64,000 nt of DNA from Alphaproteobacteria bacterium (GCA_965262615.1 OZ253545.1:512001-576000); one strand, 5' to 3'; shown: positions 1 to 11,262, counted from the stretch's first letter. Notes: generated by a model not told the origin, from the sequence alone. Translations and numbers: made by a program.

Positions 1-649
1 TTTGACGATTTTGTGTGGCGTAGCAAATATCCTTGACATCAGGGCCAATGATTTCGGGGAATCGTTTTTTGAGGGCATCAATGACTTCTCGGGTGTCATC
101 CACCGAGAGTGTGGTTTGGCTGATGTAGGCGAGTTTTTTCTCATTTTTGACGGTGAGGCGTTCCACATCATTGACATCGGAGACCAAATAGACATCGCCA
201 TGAATGCGTCCCATCGTTCCCTCCACTTCGGGATGCCCTTCGTGTCCGATGAGAATGACTTCGTAATTGTGCTCGGCATACCTTTGTCCTTCCTTGTGGA
301 CTTTGGCGACCAGAGGGCATGTGGCATCCAGCACGGGCAGTGCGCGCACATGGGCGGCGTTTTCTATTTTTTCGGCAACGCCGTGGGCACTGAAAATGGT
401 GACACCGCCATCGGGGATTTCATCCAGTTCTTCCACAAAGACGGCGCCTTTTTTGCGCAGCGTCTCCACCACCCGTTTGTTATGGACGATTTCATGACGC
501 ACATAGACGGGCGCACCGTATTTGGCAAGGGCGCGCTCCACGATTTCAATGGCGCGCTCCACGCCAGCACAAAAGCCGCGCGGCTGTGCCAACATGACCT
601 TTAACACGGCGTTTTTGGTGTTTGTCTTGGTTTTTGTCTCGTCAAGCAT
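1..649 (-). CDS. ispH: 4-hydroxy-3-methylbut-2-enyl diphosphate reductase (5' part; runs off window)
   Basis: Manual minus-strand translation from ATG at 649: [57 protein letters not shown], the IspH/LytB signature. Absent from the ORF track because there is no stop in the window. Confidence 0.95.
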   Translation of the reverse strand, partial: MLDETKTKTNTKNAVLKVMLAQPRGFCAGVERAIEIVERALAKYGAPVYVRHEIVHNKRVVETLRKKGAVFVEELDEIPDGGVTIFSAHGVAEKIENAAHVRALPVLDATCPLVAKVHKEGQRYAEHNYEVILIGHEGHPEVEGTMGRIHGDVYLVSDVNDVERLTVKNEKKLAYISQTTLSVDDTREVIDALKKRFPEIIGPDVKDICYATQNRQ

Positions 650-691
650 AGGCCGCCATCATGATGTCACCGCTTCCATAAGTCAACCGTT

Positions 692-3490
692 TTACCTGTT
701 GGCTTTTTTCTTTTTTTGGGGCGGCTGTATCAGTTGCTGAAAGTTTTCCCATCGGCTTTGTTTCCTTCCTTTGGGTGATTTTTTGATAGCCTGCCAGCGG
801 TCGTGAATGTTCATGAGTGCGGGCAGGAGCACAAGGGAGGCGATGATTGCCAGACTCAAAGCCACAAACAGCATGATTCCCATGCTGGCGGCACCACGAT
901 GGGAAGACACCGCCAGAGACCCAAAGGAGGCAATGGAGGTCATGGCGCTATAAAAAATGGCTCTGGGTGTGGCGGTGTTAATGAGTGTGGTCACATTATT
1001 GACGGCGCGCCACCGCCACACCAGATAGATGCCGTAGGACACGCCCAAGCTAAATAGCAACGGCAGGGCAATCAGATTGGCGTAATTGAGGGGGATGTGA
1101 ATTGCCACCGACACGCCGATGGTGATGCACGCCGCCAGCACCAGAGGCATAAAGACAAAGAGGACATCTCGTCCTCGCCGCAGCGATGTGAGCAAAATGA
1201 GAAAAACGCACAGCACGGCAATCAACCCTGCTTGCTCAAAGGCATCAATGACGGTGCGTCCGCCTTCCACCATCAAGATGGAGCCTCCTGTGGCGTAGGA
1301 AATTTTGTTGCGAACGGAGTCGGTAAAATTTGCCAGCTCGGCTGTTTCATTGGGCGCGGTGGCATGAGGATAGACCGTCACCAGGGTGCGTCCACTGCGG
1401 TCTATATAACGCGCTTTGACCGATTCGGGAAGATAAGCGAGATTTTTTGCGACCAAACGCTCATCAGGCAGAAGGGAGTCGTGAACAAGATCAACCGCCC
1501 GCTGCAAGCCCTTGGTGGCGATGGGAGCGTAATTTTTGAGATAGCGGGTACTGGCTTCATCATCGGGGATGAGTCGTTCCAGCTTGTTGAGCAAAAGGCG
1601 CGCGCCGGGCCAAGTTTCTTGCCTTTGCGTTGCCAGAAAGCGTGCCAAATGATTGCGAAAGATGATGGCATGGTCTAGTCGCTCTTGGTCGGTTTCACTG
1701 TCCAGTTGTTGCGCTCTGGTAAGGGAAGGCAGAATAATCAATGCGGTGTCTTGCACGGATTCCAGTTTAGGCTGCACATTGCGCGGCAGGAATGCTTCTG
1801 GAGTCTCGGCGCGTGCCACATGGTCTTGTTTTTGCATCATATGAGCCACCCGTTGGGCTTCATTGGGAGACTCCGTGAGGATGGAGGCGGCATACGCTTC
1901 GGAATTATCGGAGCGAATCAATGCGCGCGCCAGACGCATGGAGGGAGAGTCCGGGTCACGCAGATTGAAGGGATCGGCATCAAAATGATAGTTGGGGAAG
2001 GTGGCAATGCTTGCCAAAAAGCACAGTCCCGCAATTGATAAGATGCGGGTGTCATGTTTGATGATGATGGGGGCAAGCAGAGGGAATCCCATATTTTCAA
2101 TGGGTCTTTGCTTCATGTCGTGCACCCATCCGAAGGTGGGGCTGAGGATGCGAATGAATGCCGGCAACAAAGTGAAGCTATTGATGAGGGCGATGAGCAA
2201 TCCGCCTGCGGCGATGATTCCCAGTTCTGACAATCCCACATAGCTGGTGGGGACAAAGGCGAGGAATCCGCTCGTTCCCGCAAGAGCGGCAAGAAGCAAC
2301 GGGACTCTGAGTTTGCGGGCGGCGACAATGATGGCAAGCTCATCGTTGTTGGTTTTATGAAGGGCTTCGCGAAAGGCGAGGCAAAACTGGATGCAAAAAT
2401 CCACCCCAATGCCAATAAACAGGACAGCAAATGCCACCGAAATAATATTGAGTTGTCCCACCGCCCAGGTGGCAAAGGCGGCGGTTTCTGCGAGTCCCAG
2501 TAACAGGGTCACCATTGTGGCGAGGAAGAGTCTCCAGTTTCCCAGCCCACGAATCACGAGCCATCCCACAAGGATAAAGGCGAGTGCGCCGGCGAGGCTT
2601 GCGCCGAACACGGCGGCTTGCTTTTCTTCTTCCTCCAGCATGACGCTCCCTGTGAAGCCGATGGTGAGACTGTCATCGTACTGTGCCGCCACCTCATCAC
2701 GAATGGCGTGCAGGGTGGAGATCGTTCTCTGAGCGGGGCGCAGAGATTCGTAATCCAGCATTGGTTTGAGAGCGATAATGACGCGGCGTTCTTCGCGCGT
2801 TTCAGGTTTGCCACTGATATGTTCGCGCCAAGAAATGTAGGCGGTTTCTTTGCGGCTGTGGCGACTTAATGATTCCGACATTGCCGTGAAAATTTTATCA
2901 ATCAGGGGTGTCTCTTCCAACGGGATGGCGCGCGCCTCAACGGCTTGCAGGGTTAAAGAAAAGGAACGAAATAAGCCGCGCAAGGAGGGATCATTGTACA
3001 GGGTGGTCAGCAGTGGCTGTCCTTCAATCAGATTGTCGGTCACTTTGATGACATCATCATTTTCAAGATACAAAAGGGCATTGCGGGTGAAAAAGGAGTC
3101 GGTGCTCGCGCTCAAAATGTGATCGAACAAGGCGGGATATTGTTTTAATTTGTCCACAAAGCGGGCGGCGGCATCGTGGGAAATGCTGGAGGAATCGCCT
3201 TCAATCACCACCACGAGATCATCTTCTCGCGCAGGCAGAGCCGACTTCATCACCATGTCTGACTGGCGAAAATCAAGATCGCGCGACAGCATCTCGGCGG
3301 TGGAGGTGTTAATGCTGAGGTTGGTAAAGGCGTAGTCGCCACCAATGATGAGTCCCAGAAAGCCAAATTGCAAAAAGGTGATGGCATAGCGAAAGGTCAC
3401 CAAAGACACAATGCCGGTAATTCCTAAGCGAGGAAATGAATGGCGTGACCGACGCTTATCGCCTGAGGGACTTTTTTTTTTGCTTATCAT
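692..3490 (-). CDS. hpnN: Hopanoid-associated RND/MMPL transporter
   Basis: 932 aa, two multi-TM blocks with GIGVDF and GVSYGIY motifs and two periplasmic loops; lies between ispH and an HpnM-like gene as in hopanoid loci. Confidence 0.85.
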   Translation of the reverse strand: MISKKKSPSGDKRRSRHSFPRLGITGIVSLVTFRYAITFLQFGFLGLIIGGDYAFTNLSINTSTAEMLSRDLDFRQSDMVMKSALPAREDDLVVVIEGDSSSISHDAAARFVDKLKQYPALFDHILSASTDSFFTRNALLYLENDDVIKVTDNLIEGQPLLTTLYNDPSLRGLFRSFSLTLQAVEARAIPLEETPLIDKIFTAMSESLSRHSRKETAYISWREHISGKPETREERRVIIALKPMLDYESLRPAQRTISTLHAIRDEVAAQYDDSLTIGFTGSVMLEEEEKQAAVFGASLAGALAFILVGWLVIRGLGNWRLFLATMVTLLLGLAETAAFATWAVGQLNIISVAFAVLFIGIGVDFCIQFCLAFREALHKTNNDELAIIVAARKLRVPLLLAALAGTSGFLAFVPTSYVGLSELGIIAAGGLLIALINSFTLLPAFIRILSPTFGWVHDMKQRPIENMGFPLLAPIIIKHDTRILSIAGLCFLASIATFPNYHFDADPFNLRDPDSPSMRLARALIRSDNSEAYAASILTESPNEAQRVAHMMQKQDHVARAETPEAFLPRNVQPKLESVQDTALIILPSLTRAQQLDSETDQERLDHAIIFRNHLARFLATQRQETWPGARLLLNKLERLIPDDEASTRYLKNYAPIATKGLQRAVDLVHDSLLPDERLVAKNLAYLPESVKARYIDRSGRTLVTVYPHATAPNETAELANFTDSVRNKISYATGGSILMVEGGRTVIDAFEQAGLIAVLCVFLILLTSLRRGRDVLFVFMPLVLAACITIGVSVAIHIPLNYANLIALPLLFSLGVSYGIYLVWRWRAVNNVTTLINTATPRAIFYSAMTSIASFGSLAVSSHRGAASMGIMLFVALSLAIIASLVLLPALMNIHDRWQAIKKSPKGRKQSRWENFQQLIQPPQKKKKANR

Positions 3491-3542
3491 GGTTTATGAT
3501 ACAGTGACATTCGTTACCGCAAAACGCGAGAGGAGAGTATAA

Positions 3543-4175
3543 GTGAGATATAAAACAAAAGCAAATGGGATTTTTCTGCATGCCATTGCCTTTTTGGTGT
3601 CGTTGATGATGGTGACTGATGGGCATGCCAATGATCGGGCGCGAGCGATGGAGCGCGTCACGATTTTTCATGGGTATTTGCTCGCCATGCTGAATGGTGA
3701 CGGCGGCGCGGGGTTTGAAAGCCGTTATATTTACTTAGAGCCGAAGGTGGCGGAGACATTTCATATTCCGACGATGGCGGCTCGTGTGAGCGGACGCGCC
3801 GGTAAAAAGGCATCAGAAGCCACCATTCGTCAATTTGAGCAGGCGTTTTTGGGATTCACCGTTGCTAACTACATCGTCAATTTTAAAAATTTTGAGGGAC
3901 AAAGTTTTGAGACTCTGGGCGCAGAGCTGGTGCGCAGTGGGGATGCCATTCGGGTGCAAACGGTGCTCAAGACGGGCCAAAAGAATGTGCGCTTGGATTA
4001 TATCATGGAGTCACGAGGATTTGGTTGGCAGGTGGTGGATATTTTGCTGGAGGGAAATATTAGTGAAGTCACGCGGCGCGCGGCTGAATTTCGCAAAATT
4101 TTGCGCGCCAGTGGCTTAGAAGGACTCACGGTCGCCCTGAGGGAAAAGGGGCTGATGATGCAAAGTCAGTTTTAG
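3543..4175 (+). CDS. hpnM: HpnM / MlaC(Ttg2D)-family lipid-shuttle protein
   Basis: Signal peptide; VRLDYIM...WQVVDILLEGNISEVTRRAAEF motif; divergent from hpnN. Confidence 0.75.
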   Translation: MRYKTKANGIFLHAIAFLVSLMMVTDGHANDRARAMERVTIFHGYLLAMLNGDGGAGFESRYIYLEPKVAETFHIPTMAARVSGRAGKKASEATIRQFEQAFLGFTVANYIVNFKNFEGQSFETLGAELVRSGDAIRVQTVLKTGQKNVRLDYIMESRGFGWQVVDILLEGNISEVTRRAAEFRKILRASGLEGLTVALREKGLMMQSQF

Positions 4176-5263
4176 CGGCGGGCGTATTGTGCGACCGCTT
4201 GCAAGAAGCGGTGAATGTCTTGGGAGGTAATTGCACCAATGCAGCCGACGCGAAAAGTGTCGGCTTTGGTGGATGCCCCGTGATAAATGATGAAGCCCTC
4301 TTGTCGCAGGGCGTGATAAAAATCATCAAAATCAAACGGGGCATGAGGATAGCGCGCCGCCACAATCATGGGTGACTGGTGACACTCTTTGATGTAGGGA
4401 GCATATCCCAACTGAGCCAAACCATGGCGCAATTGCTGGCAGTTTTGCCGATAGCGGGCGTGGCGAGCGGCGCGTCCGCCTTCTTGCTGCAGGCGATGGA
4501 GGGCATGATGAAGGGCTGCCATCACCTGAACGGGCGGCGTGAAGCGAAACTGTTGTTTTTCCTCCAACAGCCGATGCTGTGCCTTGAGATTCAACACCAG
4601 CGATGGCGGTGAGGCACATCTTTGCAAAAGAGGGCGATGACTGATGACAAAGGCAATGCCGGGAACGCCTTCCAACCCCTTGTTGCTGGAGGCGACCAGT
4701 GCGCCGATGGCATGGTCTTGCATGTCAATGGGTTCAATGGCGAAGCTGCTCATGGCATCAATCAGAGCAATGACATCATGACGGCGCGCCACAGTGCAGA
4801 GTTCAGCCAGAGGATTGAGCAAGGATGTGGAGGTTTCACAATGCACAAACACCACATGACTGATGGATGGATGGCGGGTGAGATAATCATTCAAGCTATG
4901 AGGGGAAAGAGGTTTGTCATCGGGCAACAGGAGGGCATCATGTTTCAGTGTGAGGTGTTGGGCGATGGTGATGAGGCGATTGCCGTACGCGCCATTGCTC
5001 ATGATGAGCACATGATGGGCATTGCCAACAAAACAGGTGAGCATGGCTTCCAGAGCAAAAGTGCCACTGCCTTGCATCAGGGTGGTGGGATAGTGGGTGT
5101 GGTGTTTGGCGTTATTTTCCAGAGCCAGAGCCGACAGCTGCGTGCGGCATTGCTCAACGATGGCGGTAAAGGCGGGGTCTCGTGAGCCGTAATCCGTGGT
5201 CATGGCATGGCGCACATCGGGATGAGTGGTGAGAGGTCCTGGGGTGAGCAAGATGGCGGTCAT
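4172..5263 (-). CDS. phnW: 2-aminoethylphosphonate--pyruvate transaminase
   Basis: LLTPGPLTT, QGSGT, HCETST, IDAMSSF, SSNKGLEGVPG, FRFTPP motifs (class V PLP enzyme). Confidence 0.88.
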   Translation of the reverse strand: MTAILLTPGPLTTHPDVRHAMTTDYGSRDPAFTAIVEQCRTQLSALALENNAKHHTHYPTTLMQGSGTFALEAMLTCFVGNAHHVLIMSNGAYGNRLITIAQHLTLKHDALLLPDDKPLSPHSLNDYLTRHPSISHVVFVHCETSTSLLNPLAELCTVARRHDVIALIDAMSSFAIEPIDMQDHAIGALVASSNKGLEGVPGIAFVISHRPLLQRCASPPSLVLNLKAQHRLLEEKQQFRFTPPVQVMAALHHALHRLQQEGGRAARHARYRQNCQQLRHGLAQLGYAPYIKECHQSPMIVAARYPHAPFDFDDFYHALRQEGFIIYHGASTKADTFRVGCIGAITSQDIHRFLQAVAQYARR

Positions 5264-5343
5264 GGAGCAGTGATGCAATGGGGCGGCGAGATTTGTCAAG
5301 TTGTTCTTGCCTTGTCACTGCCATTCGTGTAAAGAGGCGGGAG

Positions 5344-5426
5344 GCGGGCGTGGCGGAATTGGTAGACGCGTCGGCCTTAGAAGCCGATGGCTTTGAGTCG
5401 TGGGGGTTCAAGTCCCTCCGCCCGCA
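5344..5426 (+). tRNA. tRNA-Leu(TAG)
   Basis: GCGGGCG acceptor stem, TGGCGGAATTGGTAGAC D-arm, TCGGC-CTTAGAA-GCCGA anticodon arm, long variable arm, GGTTCAAGTCC T-arm; conserved position upstream of tig; CCA not encoded. Confidence 0.95.
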
Positions 5427-5463
5427 CAGATGCACAAAGGCACAAATTCATAAAGGAACACCC

Positions 5464-6768
5464 ATGAACGCCCTCACCAATGATAGCCACATTGAGGAAC
5501 TGCATGCTGAGCAGGGCACGCAAAAGGGGGAGCGCGCATTTCGCGTCACGATCAAAAGCGAGGTACTTGTGGCACTTTATGAGCGGCAACTGGAACACAA
5601 GGCGCGCCATGCTGCCATCAAGGGATTCAGACCGGGAAAAGCACCGATGGAGCAGGTTGAAAAGCAGTGGGGTGCGTCGGTGCGAGATGATGCCATTCGC
5701 ACACTGCTCAATGACCATGTGCGCTTGTTGGTGGAGAAATTTTCTCTTGACTTCATTCACTCCCCTCAGGTTGACATGGAAGGGTCAGATACCGACACGA
5801 CGATTGTTTTTCGGGTTTGTTTTTTCATTTATCCCGATATTGCCGAGCCGTCATGGAAGGATATGACCATTGAGCGCGCGGTGTATCAAGTGGGAGAGCA
5901 TGATATCAGTCAGGCATTGAAGCGGATGGCTGAGGCGCGGCGGCAATTTGCATCCAGTGGCAAGGGGGCGGCGACAGGCGATCGGGTGGTGCTGGATTTT
6001 GACATCACTGTCAATGGTGTGGCATTTGAAGGCGGCAGTGCCAAGCAGGTGACGGTCACACTGGGCGAGGCAGAACCCATCAAGGGGCTGCATGGCGCAT
6101 TAAATGGCGTGAGCAAGGGGGCGGTATTGCATTTGGATGCGCCACTGCCTGATTTTTTCGGGGCAGAGATGGCGGGACAAAAGGGGCGTTTTGCCATCAG
6201 CGTCACGGATGTTTTGTCGGCGCCGCCCATTATTGTCAATGATGCCACCGCCCAGCAATGGGGATGCAAGGACAGAGAAGATCTCAAACAAAGAGTGAAG
6301 CAATCATTAGAGCAAGAAGCCACGCGAGTGGCAAAGCAGCGCGCCGCGGCTCAACTGATTGAAAAATTAGAAGCGGCTTTGGATTTTCCCTTGTCCGAGC
6401 GCATCATTGAAAAAGAAATTCGCTCGGTGCAAAAGGAAGAGGAGCAGACGCAGCCCATCAGCAATGAGATGAAACAACAAGCCGCGTCGCGCCTTCGGCT
6501 GACGATGGCGGTCTCGCAGCTGGCAAAAAAAAATGATATTGTGATTGAAGACACTCATATTGATCAAGCCTTGCGGGTGGAGGCATCACGCTATGGCGAG
6601 CAGCAAGAACAGGTCTTTAAGAAATTGGCAAAAGATGATGCCATTCGTCAGCGTATGCGCTATGCTCTGTTGGAGAGTCAGGTGTGTGCGTGGGCATTGG
6701 ACAAGGTGACAATCACCAATGTGAATCGTCCGTTTGCTCGGCTTTATGACCATCAGGAGGCGACATGA
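5464..6768 (+). CDS. tig: Trigger factor
   Basis: GFRPGKAP ribosome-binding motif and FKBP domain (GDRVVLDF...FEGG); ATG 5464 after AAGGA. Confidence 0.92.
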   Translation: MNALTNDSHIEELHAEQGTQKGERAFRVTIKSEVLVALYERQLEHKARHAAIKGFRPGKAPMEQVEKQWGASVRDDAIRTLLNDHVRLLVEKFSLDFIHSPQVDMEGSDTDTTIVFRVCFFIYPDIAEPSWKDMTIERAVYQVGEHDISQALKRMAEARRQFASSGKGAATGDRVVLDFDITVNGVAFEGGSAKQVTVTLGEAEPIKGLHGALNGVSKGAVLHLDAPLPDFFGAEMAGQKGRFAISVTDVLSAPPIIVNDATAQQWGCKDREDLKQRVKQSLEQEATRVAKQRAAAQLIEKLEAALDFPLSERIIEKEIRSVQKEEEQTQPISNEMKQQAASRLRLTMAVSQLAKKNDIVIEDTHIDQALRVEASRYGEQQEQVFKKLAKDDAIRQRMRYALLESQVCAWALDKVTITNVNRPFARLYDHQEAT

Positions 6769-6800
6769 CCAAAGACCACATAACCAAAGACCACATAACC
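6768..6800 (+). repeat. 15-bp tandem duplication ACCAAAGACCACATA x2 at tig/clpP junction
   Basis: Sequence reads atgACCAAAGACCACATAACCAAAGACCACATAACCatg ([10 protein letters not shown]). Confidence 0.85.
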
Positions 6801-7418
6801 ATGAATGCTCTTGTGCCAATGGTGGTAGAGCAGACCGCACGCGGCGAGCGAGCCTATGATATTTTCTCCCGCCTGCTCAAGGAGCGTATTATTTTTCTGA
6901 CCGGTGTGATTCACGATGATGTGGCATCATTGATTTGTGCCCAGTTGTTGTTTTTGGAGTCGGAGCATCCCAAACGGGACATCGCGTTTTATATCAATTC
7001 GCCAGGGGGGTCGGTGACGGCGGGTCTCGCCATCTATGACACGATGCAATATGTCCATTGTGATATTTCCACTTTGTGCATTGGACAGGCGGCGAGCATG
7101 GGGTCATTGTTGCTGACGGCGGGCGCGAAGGGCAAGCGGTATGTTTTGCCTCACAGTCGCTTGATGATTCATCAGCCATCGGGGGGAGCGAGCGGTCAGG
7201 CGGCGGACATTGCCATTCATGCACAGGAAATTCTGGCGATGCGGGACAAAATCAATCGCTTGTATGTGCATCATTCGGGACAGTCGCTGAAAAAAATTGA
7301 GCAATTGATGGACCGAGACACATTCCTCTCACCGCAAGAGGGCAAGGAACTGGGGCTTGTGGATAAAGTGGTCACCAGCCGTCCGTCATTGGGAAGCGGT
7401 GAAGACAGCAAGAAATGA
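6801..7418 (+). CDS. clpP: ATP-dependent Clp protease proteolytic subunit
   Basis: [46 protein letters not shown]. Alternative start at 6765. Confidence 0.97.
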   Translation: MNALVPMVVEQTARGERAYDIFSRLLKERIIFLTGVIHDDVASLICAQLLFLESEHPKRDIAFYINSPGGSVTAGLAIYDTMQYVHCDISTLCIGQAASMGSLLLTAGAKGKRYVLPHSRLMIHQPSGGASGQAADIAIHAQEILAMRDKINRLYVHHSGQSLKKIEQLMDRDTFLSPQEGKELGLVDKVVTSRPSLGSGEDSKK

Positions 7419-7438
7419 AAATAATTTGATACACCATT

Positions 7439-7457
7439 GAATTTTGACACAAAATTC
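7439..7457. promoter_or_regulatory. Palindromic operator-like site GAATTTTG-aca-CAAAATTC (second copy 7803-7821)
   Basis: Perfect 8-bp inverted repeat upstream of the first small gene; nearly intact in the duplicated promoter upstream of the second. Confidence 0.55.
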
Positions 7458-7495
7458 GTTAGTTTATGTGCACAACCCAACAAGGAAGGATTACC

Positions 7496-7726
7496 ATGTC
7501 ACAATCAGATAAAGTCACTGAGGCTCTGCGTTTGATGGAACTTCACAGGGGGAGAAGAGTGTCCAAAGAGGAGTTGAGAAAGCAGGCGTTTGAGCTTGCG
7601 GCTGCCATAAGCCGTCAGACTGGTGACCCAGGTGCGACAGCCGAAAATGTTGAGGCTGCTTGGCTGGCTCATGAGCGTGAGGAAAAAATCAAATCAGAGA
7701 GATTAAAAAAAGCCGCTCATGGTTGA
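7496..7726 (+). CDS. Small helical protein, putative Fic antitoxin (copy 1)
   Basis: 76 aa, RBS AAGGAAGG; clear paralogue of 7867..8094 (KV.EALRL.EL..G...S.EELR.QA). Confidence 0.7.
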   Translation: MSQSDKVTEALRLMELHRGRRVSKEELRKQAFELAAAISRQTGDPGATAENVEAAWLAHEREEKIKSERLKKAAHG

Positions 7727-7830
7727 TGAGATGGTCACCAGTCGACCGTCATTGAGAGGCAGTGAGGAAAGAAAGAAGTGAAAAATACTTTAATACACCC
7801 TTGAATTTTGGCACAAAATTAGTTATGTTG
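7719..7830 (+). repeat. Degenerate copy of clpP 3' end plus downstream promoter
   Basis: 7732-7754 matches clpP 7369-7391 at 21/23; reads MVDEMVTSRPSLRGSEERKK* versus clpP ..[18 protein letters not shown]. Confidence 0.9.
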
Positions 7831-7866
7831 CATGTCCGTGTAACCATAACGAATGAAGAGGACACC

Positions 7867-8094
7867 ATGGCAACATCAAAGAAAGTCGCTGAAGCTCTGC
7901 GTTTGATAGAACTTCGCAAGGGGGAGACTATGTCCGAGGAGGAGTTGAGAAGGCAGGCGATTGATATCACTGTCGCCGAATGTCATCACTCTGGTGATAC
8001 GAGCGCGACAGCCGCAAGCATTGAACATGTCTTGCAGATTAAAGAAGACGCAAGAACCAACTCGGAAAGAGCAAAAGAGGACGTTCATGGTTGA
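7867..8094 (+). CDS. Small helical protein, putative Fic antitoxin (copy 2)
   Basis: 75 aa, overlaps the start of the Fic gene; paralogue of 7496..7726. Confidence 0.7.
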   Translation: MATSKKVAEALRLIELRKGETMSEEELRRQAIDITVAECHHSGDTSATAASIEHVLQIKEDARTNSERAKEDVHG

Positions 8095-8662
8095 TGAGAC
8101 ATCCCCACAGGATCTTTTCAGAAGACGCTTGAACATAGCCAGTGCTGTCTTTTGGGTGCAAATTGAGGTCATTGGTAATGCACATCTTGGTTCTTTTGAT
8201 GTGAGTGAAGACCAAATCCGCTTGTTGCATTCCATTTGCATGAATGGGCTTTTAGGTAATGCTGGCGTGTACAGAGATGTTGGGTTGCGTCCTTTGGGGA
8301 AGCATCCTCCGCCGTCCGCAAGGGATGTTCCGTCGTTGATGCGAGAATTTGTCGTGTCCGTCAATGACAAATTAGAGTCTGGCGACAATCCAATTTATGT
8401 GAGTGCTTTTGCCTTGTGGCGAATTAATTGGATTCATCCATTTTCCAATGGAAACGGACGGACAGCACGGTTGTTTTCTTATTTCGTCATGTGCATGTGT
8501 TCAGGAGGTCTCCTTAGGGGCAGTGGGAAAAATCTTGTTCCACATCAGCTGGGCGGTCCTCTTCGTGGGAAATATGTTGCCGCTTTGAGAGAGGCTGATG
8601 ATGGTGATTTAGTCCCCTTACAAGATCTTTTAGCTGATGCCTTGAGTAAACAGCTAAAATAG
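8087..8662 (+). CDS. Fic/Doc family protein
   Basis: WIHPFSNGNGRTAR catalytic loop and AGVYRD flap motif. Confidence 0.92.
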   Translation: MVDETSPQDLFRRRLNIASAVFWVQIEVIGNAHLGSFDVSEDQIRLLHSICMNGLLGNAGVYRDVGLRPLGKHPPPSARDVPSLMREFVVSVNDKLESGDNPIYVSAFALWRINWIHPFSNGNGRTARLFSYFVMCMCSGGLLRGSGKNLVPHQLGGPLRGKYVAALREADDGDLVPLQDLLADALSKQLK

Positions 8663-8679
8663 CATTAGAAAGGCGATTG

Positions 8680-10143
8680 ATGTTTAATCAAGTCGCCCAG
8701 CGTTATCGTCTGTTGGACAATGAGGGGATGCGTCATTGCGAGGCGGCTGCCATCAGGGAGGGTGTGTCCGAAGATTCTTTGATGGAGGCGGCGGGTGCGG
8801 CGGTGGCGTTTGAGACCCACAACAAATTTCCGCACGGCAGCATTCTGATTTTGTGTGGTGGCGGCAATAATGGCGGTGATGGATTGGTGGCGGCGCGTCA
8901 TTTGTGTCACAAACAACGGAATGTGGATGTGGTGTTGCTCACCGAGCCGCGTGATGATAGCGCGGCGGTGCACGCGTTGGAACTCTATCGCCAAGAAGGA
9001 GGAACGATAAACAAGAATGAAAACGCGCCGTCTCTCATGGCATCGGCGGCGGTGATTGTGGATGCTTTGTGGGGCACGGGTCTGAATCGTGCGGTGAGCG
9101 GTGAGGGCGCGCGCTGGATTGATGATGTCAATGAAGCGCGTGTGCCAGTGGTGGCGGTGGATATGCCCAGTGGCATCAATGGCGATAGCGGACGCATCAT
9201 GGGAGACCATGCCATCAAGGCAACGGTTACGGTGACTTTTGCCAAGAAGAAACTAGCCCATTGTTTGTTGCCCGGTCGCCATCATGCGGGCGAGGTGGTG
9301 GTGGCGGACATTGGCATTTCCCAAGAGGCGATGGCGGCGGTGGCATCACAGTTTTATGACAATGATGCCGAGCTGTGGCGGCATCATCGGCGGGCGTTTG
9401 CATGGCATGACCATAAATACACGCGCGGCATGGCATTGCTGAAAAGCGGCGCGTCCATGGCAGGAGCTGTGAATTTGGCGGCGCGCGGAGCATTGGCGAG
9501 TGGTGCAGGCATGGTTGCCATTGAGGGTGATGCTCATGATGGACGCAATGATGAGGTGGTGCGTTTGGCGGCAAACGATTCAATGGCGGCGCGTGCTTCG
9601 GCTGTTTTGTTTGGCAGTGGCTGCCTGCCATCGGATGACACGCGCCAGCGCGCATTGGATGCCCTGACATCACCCACACCGTTGGTGCTGGACGGCGGTG
9701 CATTGACCGCCCTGACAATGGACGATGTGCAAAAAGCGCGCCATCCCCATGATGGGGATGGTGTGCTGACACCGCACGAGGGTGAGTTTCGCTCATTGTT
9801 TGCTTCCATTGCCGATGCGGAATTATCCAAAGCACACGGTGCGCTGCAGGCGGCTCAAGAGACGGGCATGGTGGTGGTGCGCAAGGGCAGTGACACGGTG
9901 ATTGCCTCTGCTGACGGCATGTGTGTCATCAATCGCCATGCTTCGCCGTCATTGGCGCGTGCGGGCAGTGGGGATGTTTTGGCGGGGCTGATTACGGGAT
10001 TGATGGCTCAAGGCATGATGCCTTTTGTCGCCGCCTGTTATGGTGTCTATTGGCATGGGGTGGCGGCGCGTGGCTGTGATTTTATTGGACAATTGCCCGA
10101 TGCCATCGCCACGCGGCTGTCTTGCTATCATGGCACGGCTTGA
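8680..10143 (+). CDS. nnr: Bifunctional NAD(P)H-hydrate epimerase/dehydratase
   Basis: [48 protein letters not shown]. Confidence 0.93.
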   Translation: MFNQVAQRYRLLDNEGMRHCEAAAIREGVSEDSLMEAAGAAVAFETHNKFPHGSILILCGGGNNGGDGLVAARHLCHKQRNVDVVLLTEPRDDSAAVHALELYRQEGGTINKNENAPSLMASAAVIVDALWGTGLNRAVSGEGARWIDDVNEARVPVVAVDMPSGINGDSGRIMGDHAIKATVTVTFAKKKLAHCLLPGRHHAGEVVVADIGISQEAMAAVASQFYDNDAELWRHHRRAFAWHDHKYTRGMALLKSGASMAGAVNLAARGALASGAGMVAIEGDAHDGRNDEVVRLAANDSMAARASAVLFGSGCLPSDDTRQRALDALTSPTPLVLDGGALTALTMDDVQKARHPHDGDGVLTPHEGEFRSLFASIADAELSKAHGALQAAQETGMVVVRKGSDTVIASADGMCVINRHASPSLARAGSGDVLAGLITGLMAQGMMPFVAACYGVYWHGVAARGCDFIGQLPDAIATRLSCYHGTA

Positions 10144-11119
10144 TTACAATCGCCTCATGGATGATGTTACCGCTCATGATGAGGTCACGCGCTTTGATTG
10201 GCACGCCTCCGACATTCAAGACATTTTGCAACAACCCCTTTTGTCGCTGATTGATCGCGCTCGCGCCGTGCACTTGCGTTTTCACGAGGGTGATGATATA
10301 CAGCGCGCCTCTTTGTTGAGTGTGAAAACGGGAGGCTGTCCTGAGGATTGTCGCTATTGTTCGCAATCGGCGCACTATGAGACGGATGTGGACAAGCAAT
10401 CATTCTTGGATGTGGATGATGTGCTGGCTTCGGCGCGGCGCGCGGGCAACGCGGGGGCGACACGATTTTGCATGGGTGCGGCGTGGCGGTCGGTCAAAGA
10501 GGGCAAGGAATTTGACGCGCTGCTTGCCATGATCAAAGGGGTGCGGCGATTGGGAATGGAGGCGTGCGTGACGCTTGGCATGGTCAATGAGTCGCAAGCT
10601 CGGCGGCTCAAAGAGGCGGGGCTGACGGCGTATAATCACAACATTGATACTTCCCCTGAATTTTATGATTCCATCATCACGACTCGTCGGTTTGATGACC
10701 GTCTGCACACTTTGCGTGTGGTGCGGGATGCGGGGCTTGAGGTGTGTTCGGGCGGCATTGTGGGGCTGGGAGAATCGTGGGAGGATCGCGCCTCTATGTT
10801 GGCGGTGCTGGCATCTTTGAATCCCCATCCCGAGAGTGTTCCCATCAATGCGTTGGTGGCGGTTGAGGGCACGCCCTTGCAGGATGCACCGCCTGTGGAT
10901 GATTTTGTCATGGTGCGGATGGTGGCGGCGGCGCGCATCACCATGCCTGAGTCGCGCGTGCGTCTTTCGGCGGGACGCAAAAACATGAGCAAAGCCGCCC
11001 AGACGCTTTGTTTTTTGGCGGGAGCGAACTCTATTTTTTATGGCGACCAGTTGCTCACCACCGCCAACAATGACGCCCTTGACGACCAAGACCTCTTTGC
11101 TGAGCTGGGGCTGCACTGA
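10130..11119 (+). CDS. bioB: Biotin synthase
   Basis: [39 protein letters not shown]. Confidence 0.97.
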   Translation: MARLDYNRLMDDVTAHDEVTRFDWHASDIQDILQQPLLSLIDRARAVHLRFHEGDDIQRASLLSVKTGGCPEDCRYCSQSAHYETDVDKQSFLDVDDVLASARRAGNAGATRFCMGAAWRSVKEGKEFDALLAMIKGVRRLGMEACVTLGMVNESQARRLKEAGLTAYNHNIDTSPEFYDSIITTRRFDDRLHTLRVVRDAGLEVCSGGIVGLGESWEDRASMLAVLASLNPHPESVPINALVAVEGTPLQDAPPVDDFVMVRMVAAARITMPESRVRLSAGRKNMSKAAQTLCFLAGANSIFYGDQLLTTANNDALDDQDLFAELGLH

Positions 11120-11262
11120 ATCCACATTGTTTGCGCGTTTTCGCGTGTGATATTTTGGCATGAACGGTCACTATTGATTAGACCGTTTACTCCTCCGGCG
11201 GTCGCGTTCCGTGTAGAGAGTATTCTCTGCATGGAACGTTGGAATTTTTTTTGCGAGATGTC

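Noticed and set aside
2-604. 200-aa plus-strand ORF
   Set aside because: Antisense shadow of ispH, which has clear motifs on the minus strand.
5278-5463. N-terminal extension of trigger factor in the ORF track
   Set aside because: It runs through tRNA-Leu; the real start is ATG 5464.
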